A DNA stretch of 64,000 nt from Intoshia linei (Eukaryota; Animalia; Orthonectida). The notes under the pieces were generated by a model. That model worked only from the letters and a program-made list of their open reading frames with translations, was not told the DNA's origin and did not search any database. Position numbers and translations under genes: made by a program. Below are positions 1 to 10,133 of the stretch, piece by piece. Position 1 is the first letter of the stretch, and each line of letters opens with the position of its first letter. The stretch covers positions 1 through 64,000 of the forward strand of contig LWCA01000007.1 in assembly GCA_001642005.1 (NCBI GenBank). Direction: 5' to 3'.

Positions 1-119
1 TTCGTGTTATTTCATTAATTAAATTTCTTTTTGTTTCTAAAATTAATTAAGGTCCCTAAAATTTTTTTATTTTTCCCGGTTTTCTATTTTTGTCATTTCC
101 CGGGAAATCACAATCACTA
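1..119. mobile_element. Right end of the same TIR element family as 26670-27541
   Basis: Close match to about 27368-27541, ending in the terminal repeat GGGAAATCACAATCACTA. Confidence 0.75.
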
Positions 120-177
120 ATTAGCATAAATATAATTACAAATATATACTGTCAATAAAATTAAAAACAAATTATAA

Positions 178-450
178 TCCTAACGTATATAAAACGCTTT
201 GTGTGTGTTGCAGTATATTTCAAGTAACTTACAATCCTAGAATTTTATCAACTAAATTCCAAGTCAAATTTTTTTGTGGAGAAAGTAAAATAAATTTTAA
301 TCTCAGAACTTTAGATTTTCCCTTTCAAAACCCCAGATTCGGTTAATTATTGATTATTAATACATAAATGGTATTTTTAAGTATTTATTAAATTGGTACT
401 GAATATATATCATTACTGAAAATGACAATAAGTTTTTATAATTTTATTTT
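178..450 (+). mobile_element. Degenerate copy of the Helitron-like repeat
   Basis: Begins A|TCCTAACGTATATAAAACGC followed by (TG)n. Positions 337-450 are the reverse complement of about 4880-4990. Confidence 0.5.
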
Positions 451-497
451 TTCTGGAATTTATGCTATTTAAGATAATTTTTGGATTGAAATGTTTT

Positions 498-600
498 TAC
501 TTTATTTTTAATATTATACACACATTCTGTCTAATAAATTAAAAAGTTTTAACTTTATTTTTAATATTATACACACATTCTGTCTAATAAATTAAAAAAA
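498..600. repeat. Tandem duplication, about 54-bp period
   Basis: ACTTTATTTTTAATATTATACACACATTCTGTCTAATAAATTAAAAA occurs twice in succession. Confidence 0.9.
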
Positions 601-919
601 TGGGATAATAATTGTTTATAAAATTATTTACGCAATATTAACAAACAAAAAATTAAGATGGAATAAAATACTTTAAAGTAAAAAGTAATGTGATATAATG
701 GTTCCACATGAAACAAATTTGGAAACCACTTCTTTAAAGGATTGATAATAGTTAATAGTAGGATTTTTAAGTTAGATTTTCAACGTGAATTTATTTTTTT
801 GGTATAATAAAAATGTGCCCTCTGCAAAGCTAGGTGTTGTTTGTACATAGTACATAACAGTCAACCTACTTAGTCTATAGTTTATATCTATAGTTTAAAT
901 TTTAAAATTAAATATTTAG

Positions 920-3900
920 TGTATGCATAATATCGACGAAACAGCAGATTTTTCAAATATTGGGTGGAGTAATGTATATTTTTAATTTAATTTAAATTAT
1001 TAACATTAAATATCCATCAATAATTAGATACCAGTTGATATATTATCTAAAATTAATGTTTTAAACAAAAAGGTAATTGTAATTGCAAAATTTTAAGTTT
1101 TAAACTTATAATTTAGATTCTTTTGCTAAATTCTAATACTCTAAATGAAATTGAAAACAAATACAAAATTTTGTTAATAAATATTGTGGTATTAATATCA
1201 ATTTACTCAAATGTACACAGGGTTGGAATCATGCCAACGGACTTATTCATTTATTTTTATTAATTTAGTATAATCGTGAATCACGATTCGTGATAATATA
1301 ATTTTTCAATTATAATAAATGGTACCTTCATCGGACAGGTTGGATTATGAATATCTATTGAGGAATTTATCACACTGTTAACTTTTCGACATATTTACTA
1401 AAAATTTTTAATACAGTCTAAGTCCTTATTAACGGAATTTATTTTTTTAAATAAAAACCATGAAATGGTCATATTTCTTGTTATTATGAGTTTTTGAATA
1501 ATACATGACGAAGTAATATACACCAAACATTATCAACGGGTCATATGGACTCCTGGGTCCCCAGCAGTTTTTTTGGGGTCCATAAAAATTTTTAAATTAT
1601 TTACAGAAATAAAATAAAATTAAAAATGTTACTTCCGCAATGAGAGTAATTATTTCTAATTAACGTCATTTAATTCAATATCTATTAAAAATGTAGTAAA
1701 TTGAAATTTAATAAAAAAATTAGTTTATATTTATGATAGTCATTAAAATAGATTCTAGAGCTTTAGAGATTAAAATTTTATTAACAGAATTTTTCAATAG
1801 TTTGAAATAATTCAAAATTCCGTTAATAAGGATTTAGACCAGTGGTTTCCAAAGTGTAATTCACATGGACCACTGATGGTCCACAAGAAAAATTTTAAAT
1901 AAAATGAAGATAACCTTTTTTTTTAAATAAAATTAATATTTTCGATTAAATTATAATTAGTGATTATTTATTATTAATAAACGCAAACATCATTTTATCA
2001 AAATGAAATAGAGTTTGACTGAATAACGTGAATAATCTTTACGTGCGTTAAATTTAATCTATGTAACGATTTAACTTAGTTCTATAATAGTTCCCAGAGC
2101 CGAACCTAACAAGCTCGTGTATTACTTTTTATTTTTGTTTATTAAAACTTACATAATAAATCATAATTTACGTTTTTTTATTGTTAATAAATTATCTTAA
2201 ATCTTTAATTCATCAATTTAGACATTGAACTTGTATAATAATCAGATAAAAAGTATTTCATCAATACATGAAACTTTTCCTAATTTGGTGGTATTATATT
2301 AACTACATTTATGTAAATTATAGTTTTGTATGTCATAACAAATTATAGGTTTACATTAAATTTATCATAATTTAAATTTGCTGATTTGTTTTGTTTTGTT
2401 AAACTTGTATGTAATATTTATGATTTTTGATAATTTTTTTAAATATACATGTATTATAATACATATTATTTATATTACTTTTACATTTCGGTACTCATGT
2501 TTGGAATCTTTATTCAATTGAACCATAGCTGCATGAATTGAATCAAAATTTTTAATATACATGCATTATTATATTACATAATTGATACAATAAAAATAAT
2601 AAAAATGGAAATCATAGTATTAATTATAAATTATTAAATTAATAATAAAAAAGAATGTATATGCGTTGTTGAATGTTACATTTTAAAATTTAGACTCTTG
2701 ATATATCAAAAAACAGATTGACAAAACTCGATGATTCAATAAAAAAATTGAAAAGTTTGCAAATATTGAATATATCATCAAATTTATTTGTCAAATTTCC
2801 AATAAGAGTAATGATGTTGGATCGACTTGTCCACTTGAATGTTTCCAATAATAACATCAAATTAATCCCCCGAAACTGCATTAAGTATCTTTACGATTTA
2901 AATTCTCTCATTTGCGATAATTGTGGGTTTAATATTCAAGAAGAATTTGATTTAATTTCAAATTTGTCAGAGATACACCAAGATTCTCAGAAAAATAAAA
3001 GAAATGTTAAAATTTCAAGTGAATTAGATGAGGTATATATTTATTTCACAATAAATAGACAATATCAATTTCTGGCAGAAATTTTCTGCGTTCGTTAATA
3101 TATCACTGTTTTTAAAAAGGTAGATGGATAGGTGAACTTTTGATTTGGCGAAATTTGAAAATTTTTTATAATTTTTCATGTTAATACATGAATCATGATA
3201 TTATTAATTTTATCATAATAATACATAATCTGATTTCCTCTGCATACAAATATCAGCTCGCTCTAAAAGGGCGTAGGTTCCCATTATTTTTATTTAAATA
3301 ACTAAATTCATGGCAAAATAAAATTATTGCATATATATTTTAATTCACTTTAAATTTTAAATTTTAGGAAATTTATTATATCGATTACAAAAAATCTACG
3401 ATGCAAAATTCAATCAATGATACAGAAACGACAAAAACGTGTATTGATGATAATATTTTAAGAAATTATCAAAGCTGTGATGATATACAATATCAATACA
3501 TATCAAAACTTAAACAGGTAGTTTATCATTGAAAAATATAATTTAAGTATATCAACCCCTAATTCTAACTTTTTGAAAGAAGATTATTTAAAATCTAGAT
3601 TCTAGATTCTAGACGCCCTAAAAACAATGATAATTTAAATTTGGAAAACTGTTTATAATAAAAAGTGATGATATACAAATTAAAATTATTAAAAGTGTAC
3701 TGTCTAATTATGGAATAAAGAAATTGTGTTTTTTTTTACGCCACCTGTGCAAGAGTAAAAAATTTTCAAATTAATACTTAATAATGCTGAATGCTATACT
3801 TTCTGAAAAATACCAAAATGTGGCCCTTCATATTTTGGTAATATATATTTTTATTATTATTTCTAGAACAATGAAATGATTGATGAAAAAATTAAAAACT

Positions 3901-4798
3901 TTGAATTTCCCCAGAGTCATCTAGCCAAATTGAAAGATTTACAAAATATATCGGATGATTATATGCTCAACAAAATAGATAACGTTGACCCAAGATGTAA
4001 AAAAAAATTTCTAAATCAAATTCAGTATAAATTTATACATTTTAGTGGATGACGCGTAAACATGTTTAGATAATATTTTATGCGTCAAACGCTGTTTATA
4101 AATTTGTTTTTATCATAATTTTAAATGTCAGAAAAAACGACCAAAAAAAGATTGCATCGTATTTTCAAAATAATTTAAACAAAATGACGAATCAAATGGA
4201 AGGTATTTATTTGTTAATAAAAAGTTAACACATTATCTCTAATACCAGGACCGGGGATAGAGACTAGGGTTATATGCCCGGGCCTACAATCACGAGAGGT
4301 CTAATATTTTCATTTATTTATATAGGTAATAGTTGTAGTGTTAATTCACTTTTCCTGTAAATTAATAAATCTATTTGTGTGTTTAGAATTAAAATTAAAC
4401 GATTCAAAAATTTTGCATATTCAAAGAGAAACTAATAAAAATTCACCATTTTCAAAATACTTTGAAAATCAGTAATTGAAACTTTTGTTATTACTTTGAT
4501 AAAATAATAATTTTTAGGAAAGCATTTGATGGTTATATTAATCAAATTTTGGATAATAAAAAAATTGTCGAGGACATTAACCACCAAGTTAATTGATTAT
4601 TTTAATAGCTAATTTATATTTACGTTAATTTTAATTAACATTGTTTAGAATGATTTAAGAAAATATCACTCATTCGTAATTTCCAGTGACTTGAATCGTT
4701 TAAAAATTATTGATAACATTAAAATGGTTCAACTTCAACTAGAATATTTTTCTGCAATTGAAATCAACAAAATTTATGAATCGAATAATACTGCTATA
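920..4798 (+). CDS. LRR + coiled-coil protein, LRSAM1-like (multi-exon, 5' and 3' ends not found)
   Basis: Spliced exons (about 920-971, 1029-1071, 1117-1188, 2222-2290, 2694-3031, then short exons to 4798) give ADFSNIGWSNIP-VDILSKINVLNKKILLLNSN, TLNLYNNQI, TLDISKNRLTKL, ILNISSNLF, HLNVSNNNIKLIP. These recall LRSAM1 (LDISKCELSEIP..VLQKKVLIVHTN). The last exon IIDNIKMVQLQLEYFSAIEINK recalls LRSAM1 [22 protein letters not shown]. No SAM or RING exon is seen before the N gap. Confidence 0.6.
1414..1839. mobile_element. pogo/Tigger-like MITE in an LRR-gene intron
   Basis: TA|CAGTCTAAGTCCTTATTAACGGAATTT at the left is matched by inverted AAATTCCGTTAATAAGGATTTAGAC at the right. The right tip abuts a hAT-type CAGTGGTTTCCAA terminus at 1840. 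Confidence 0.6.
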
Positions 4799-4879
4799 GT
4801 ATTTTTATTGTTTATTGTTTATGGCAGTGTTTTCCCTATTGGGGTCCAAAAATATATCCTTAGGGGTTCCTGAGATTCA

Positions 4880-6035
4880 AATAAAATTATAAAAACCTAT
4901 TTTGTCATTTTCAATGTGATAATATATACAGTACCAATTTAATGAATACTTAAAAATACAAATTATGTATCAATAATTAACGGAATCAGCACTTTATAAA
5001 AATATTTCAGGTGAATTTTATCAATATTGCAAATCATTGTAATAAATATAAAAATAACAAAGTTGTATAACTTTTAGCAATTCGTTGTTGTAGTTTTAAT
5101 TTAAATTTTAAACAAAATGCTTTGAAAATAACAATTTGAGATTACAAAATTCCGAAGGAATGAATTATTTAGATTTTCACCCATATTTTTTTATTGGAAA
5201 TGTGTAGACGTTCAATGCACATTTTTTTTGAAATTGTAGGATCATTTACATTGTCAATTTTTATTCTAATCGAAATAAATGAAAAATATTGGTTAATAAT
5301 ATATTAAAAATTATTTTTCACCGGGAATGCGTAGATTTCTCGGGTTGAACTTTTGTATTTATATCAACTAGAATAAGCTATATCAGAATAATTTTTTTTT
5401 TAGGTTAAACTTTTGTATTTATATCAACTGGAATAAGCTCTATCAGAATAATTTTTTTTTTTAAATTTTCGGACCGTTAATTATTCACACATTTTTTGTT
5501 TTAATAAAAATACTCGGAAAACAAATATATGAATACTAAACTGCTTTTTTGACCGTGAAGTCGTCACTTATTCGGATTGAAATTTTATATGAATACTAAA
5601 ATAATTTTTTTGACCGTGAAGTCGCCACTTATTCGGATTGAAATTTTTCATGTGTGTTAACAGGATACAACTGTACCACNNNNNNNNNNNNNNNNNAAGG
5701 CTTTTTTTATTAAAAAAAAAGGGTAATTTGGGGTTTTGGCCCTGAAGATATAACTTTTTTAAATTTAAATATATGATAATGTTTATGATTTTAAAATCCG
5801 TATCATTGTATATATTTTTGTTTAAATTCTGCAACTCGTTTGATTTTCAAAAAAAAAGACAATTGGGCTTTTTGACCCATAAGATGTTTGGGAGGTTTAA
5901 ATTTATTTTGCAAACACCCTCGAAAAAAATTGTAATTGAAATGTGGACTTTATAAAATTTTAAGACGGGTAGTTTTTAATTAAAATGGAACACACATATA
6001 AACAAAAATGGCGTAGCATATTATATAAGTAAGGA
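4880..6035 (-). mobile_element. Helitron-like non-autonomous repeat spanning the N gap at 5680-5696
   Basis: The minus-strand 5' end reads A|TCCTTACTTATATAATATGCTACGC followed by a TG/GTTT tract. Homologous to 9440-10039, 10220-10745, about 12290-12900 and 47550-47840. No 3' hairpin/CTAG end was located. Confidence 0.55.
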
Positions 6036-6193
6036 TAGTCCTAGTATTGAGTAGATCAATTAGAAATTGAAATTATCCGTTTATCTCTAAAAATGTTTCA
6101 TTTTGTCGCACCGTGTTATACAATATGTTTTTAACACTCCCATTGCTCAGATCTGAGATTTACGAGTATAAGGGTTAATAAAGTATGTATTAC

Positions 6194-9100
6194 CTAATAG
6201 CAATCCTGAATATACTTTTACTGTTCCAGCCCACGGCACACTTAATGATATCATAACTTGTATGTACTTATCCTTCCATTTTTGAGATTTCTTGTTAAGA
6301 AATGAATTCGCCACTAAGCCACCAAACGAATGACAAATTAATACAACTTTTAAGTTTCCCTTATATTTAAATGTTTTTTCTATTAATGATGTGACACAAT
6401 TTCTCTCATGTAGGTTACAAATTTATTTGTTCTTCAATTGAAGGGCAGAGTAATTAATTTTTTATTAGTAAACAAACCATAAAATAATTTTCGAATATAA
6501 TCTTAAAATTAACATCAAATTTTATTTTGTTGCCATTATTGCTTGATACTGCCTTAGCATTTTACATAACATGACCTGTCAAACCTTCAACCTTATTGAC
6601 ACTAGTTTAACTAATACTACGTGTGGTCAAATTATAGGATTTTCTATACGTCCCAACAGCCATGGTTAATATATAACACATAAGCCATAATGTGCATCGC
6701 GTATGTAATACACCACAGATGGTGAACAATTTAATAGTTAATTATTTATACGTCTAAATAAATAATTTAACTGACTCTCTTATAGTCTCATAAAACATAT
6801 TATTATTTACCTGGTATGTTCCTATAGTCATATGGAGCAGCGTGAATGTTTTTTCCATTTGAATAATTATTTTCGTAAAAATAATTAACAATATCGTCGA
6901 ATATTCTAGCTAAGATATACATTAATAATGTAAGAATAATGTAACCTTAACTATAAGTATTTCTTATAAGGCAATGGTTCTCAATCTTTTTTCAGTACAT
7001 GGACCCTTTAGCTATTTTATATTATTCGTGGACTCCCTTATTTTAAAAAAAATCTTAGTTGTACGCTACCTTATAAATCGATGCTGGTATTGTTTTATAA
7101 AATTTTTGACCATAGTTTTTACGCATAATTGACACCCCTAATCTTAACACTGATGAGTTATTTAGAGGGATTTGACGAGTAAATTCAGTTGTATTTTTAT
7201 TCATTAAGTCGAAATAGCTGGTAAAATTACAGTTTTTCCCAATGTGTAAGGTTTACAAACTTTTGCTGTAATTTTTGAAATTTCATAAGAAGCTGTTAAA
7301 CCTTTATTTTTCTTGATAACTTCATTATTGAAGATATTCTTCATTTTAATCGATTTAAAATTGTCACGTAGTTTTGTAAAATACTCTAGTGACCTCAGAC
7401 CCCTTTTCGGAAACAGTCGATATCAGATAAACACTTTATTCCAACGAATTTTATGTGAATTACTGCTAAGTATTCAAACTGAGGATTTTTAAATAAAGTA
7501 AACACGTTGAACCTGTTTTAACATTTAATATTTATTTAATATAAATTTAAAAATATGATCGTTGATAAACTTCAAAAAAATAAAGTATATTTAATTGTTG
7601 GCAGTATCGTACTTCTATTGCTTTTAATAATTGTAATAATTATAATGTCTTTAAAATCGGAAAGTATTACTAATATTGTAAAGCATTCGTCAATTCAAAA
7701 AAATAATCAAGATACGAACCTGTACGACATTTTATTGAAACTGATTTCTAAAGATACAGTAAATGTGGTCATGTCACCGGTATCGATACAGATGGTAATG
7801 CAAATGATTTATATGGCAATACCCGACACCGAACGAGAAGAATTTGATTTTTATAAAAATTTCAAAAACTATCAAAAAACAATGGATGTAATCCCTTTAG
7901 TCAAATTAAAAGAGCTTAGCATTGCTGAAAAAAGTAATTTTGACTTTAATTATGTCGGTAAAATTTATATTTCAAATGAGTTTGAATTAAAAAAAACATA
8001 CGTTAAATCGATTTCGGATACATTTAACATGCCCAATGCAATAGAACATAAAAATTTTAAAAAAGTAGATTTGTTAGTGAACGAAATAAATAGTTTTGTC
8101 AATGAATTCACCAAAGGTAACATTCAGAAGGTAATTACAAATACTGATATTCAAGAATCAACAGTTGCATTACTTGTATCTGCTATTCACTTAAATGTAT
8201 CATATACAAAGGCTTTTGATGAAAGCTTGACTAAAAAACATAATTTCAAGTCAATGTTAACTAAAAAAAATATGCAAGTAGACACAATGTCTTTAAAAGA
8301 TTCGTTGAAATACTATCAAGATACCCACACTGATATAGTTCAAATTAATTATCGTACGGAAGGGTTAAATTTAATTATTGTTAAACGATATGATGGGCAA
8401 CATGTGGACGATATTGACAGTTTATTAGAAATTTTTGAGGAATCGGGGAAATATGAAGAGGTAAATCTATTATTACCAAAATTTAAACTCCACAGTAAAC
8501 TAAAATTGAACAAATATCTACAAATTCTTAAAATAAACAAAATATTTTCTAAAGAAGCAAATGTAAAATTGATGAGTGACAAACCTTTGTTAGTGGAGAA
8601 AATTATTCATGTGGCCAATTTGGAAGTCAATGAAAAGGGTACAGTGGCGTCTGCTGCAACTATCGTCTCTATTGGTTTAATGTCAATGCCACTTCAATCT
8701 AAAGCATCAAAAATAATAAAGATCGATTCTACATTCTCTGCCTATATCGTTTATAAACCAAAAGATGTGATAAAATCGATTGTATTATTCAGTTCTTATA
8801 TTGACACATTAATTTAATTTAATTTACGTTAATAATTAAATATAATTTAGCAGGTTTTATTTTGATGAAAATTCCTAGTCAATTTACCTGGGCTACATCT
8901 CAGAATAGAATATTGGCTCTTGAATAACTTACATATACCACAATATATTAATTATAAATAAATAAAAAAAATTAAGAATAGTTCCATATAATTTAAAATA
9001 ATTTAACCACAATATTTTTAACAGTCAGATTACAAAATTAGGGTCAATAAGTTTCTTTAAATTCGATAAAAAATAGATGTATAATGATTTACTTTGAGAG

Positions 9101-9418
9101 ATTTCAATGTTCGAAATACTAGTTACAGCATCAACTCGTCCAAAACTAATATTATAAACACGTATTTTTACGCCTGGTGTATTTTTTCCATACGTCCAGT
9201 TATTTTCATAGTAAAGCCTATGAAAATAAAAAAATATAACCATTTAAATAAAAAAAAATAAATAAACATCATTCGTTCTTCAAAACAATCAAAATAATAT
9301 GATAATTGATATTTTATATTGAACCATATTGTAAACAAATCATTTAATTTGTCACAATACGACTTTTCACTTCTATTTATTAGTTTTGCTTCTAATCGTG
9401 TTCCTTCATACCCTGGAA
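6194..9418 (-). CDS. LCAT / lysosomal phospholipase A2 (PLA2G15)-like alpha/beta hydrolase, internal exons only
   Basis: Exons 9418-9268, 9217-9093, 6909-6811 and about 6404-6194 give PGYEGTRLEAKL..YCDK..FTIWFN..DCFEERMMLYY..PGVKIRV..FG, NIHAAPYDYRNIP and VVLICHSFGG..SQKWKDKYI..SLSVPWAG. These are collinear with the LCAT/PLA2G15 motifs, including the catalytic Ser. The splice path between 6811 and 6404 is unresolved. The first exon and the Asp/His exons were not found. Confidence 0.85.
7555..8817 (+). CDS. Serpin, intronless, with N-terminal hydrophobic signal/anchor
   Basis: 420-aa ORF with NVVMSPVSI, EINSFVNEFTKGNI, LVSAIHL, LLLPKFKL and hinge VNEKGTVASAAT. Hydrophobic stretch at residues 11-32. 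Confidence 0.95.
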   Translation: MIVDKLQKNKVYLIVGSIVLLLLLIIVIIIMSLKSESITNIVKHSSIQKNNQDTNLYDILLKLISKDTVNVVMSPVSIQMVMQMIYMAIPDTEREEFDFYKNFKNYQKTMDVIPLVKLKELSIAEKSNFDFNYVGKIYISNEFELKKTYVKSISDTFNMPNAIEHKNFKKVDLLVNEINSFVNEFTKGNIQKVITNTDIQESTVALLVSAIHLNVSYTKAFDESLTKKHNFKSMLTKKNMQVDTMSLKDSLKYYQDTHTDIVQINYRTEGLNLIIVKRYDGQHVDDIDSLLEIFEESGKYEEVNLLLPKFKLHSKLKLNKYLQILKINKIFSKEANVKLMSDKPLLVEKIIHVANLEVNEKGTVASAATIVSIGLMSMPLQSKASKIIKIDSTFSAYIVYKPKDVIKSIVLFSSYIDTLI

Positions 9419-9439
9419 CTAAATTTATAAAATGATACA

Positions 9440-10039
9440 TCCTTACTTATACTACGCAATATTTATTTGTGTGTGTTCCACTTTATTTCAATAATTACCA
9501 GTCTTAGAATTTATAAAAACATTTCAATTACAGTTTTTTCCGGGGTGATAATAAGATAAATTTCAACTTCCGAAACTCACATTTTACGGGTAAAAAATTC
9601 AAATTCTCCTTTTTTTGAAAATCAAACGAGTTGGAGTATTTAAAAAAATTGCATCTTCAGGGCCAAAACCCCAAATTACCATTTTTTTTTAATGAAAACA
9701 ACCCTAGATTTAAAAAACAATTACTGGTGGTACAGAACACACAAAAAATTTCAATCTGAATAACTGACGCCTTCATGGTCAAAAAAGCATTTTAATTTTC
9801 ATATATTTTTTTTCCAAATATTTTATTAAAACAAAAAATGTGAAATAATTAACGGTCTAAAAATTAAAAAAATGGATTATTCTGATAGAGCTTATTCCAG
9901 TTGATATAAATACAAAATTTCAAACCCAGAAATCTACGCATTCCCGGTGAAAAATAATTTTTAATATATTATCAACCAATATTTTTCAAATATTTTGATT
10001 AATATAAAAATTGAAAATGTAAATATTGATCCTACAATT
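9440..10039 (+). mobile_element. Helitron-like non-autonomous repeat, cut by the N at 10040
   Basis: Begins A|TCCTTACTTATACTACGC followed by TTTGTGTGTGTTCCAC. Reverse complement of the copies at about 5230-6035 and 10220-10745. Confidence 0.6.
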
Positions 10040-10133
10040 NAAAAATACCGAAAGTGTAATTTTAAATATATATTTAGTCCGTTTTGTCTTGATTGAATAT
10101 ATTACATCATAAATTTAGTACGTAATTCAAAAA

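Noticed and set aside
785-846. GTG-initiated first exon of the LRR gene (VNLFFWYNKNVPS, like LRSAM1 MPLFF..KPS)
   Set aside because: It overlaps a dispersed motif also found at 49505 and the splice phase is ambiguous; the similarity may be chance.
9168-9440. ORF-track 90-aa protein starting at 9440
   Set aside because: Its ATG is formed by the repeat junction. The ORF is a lipase exon reading into introns.
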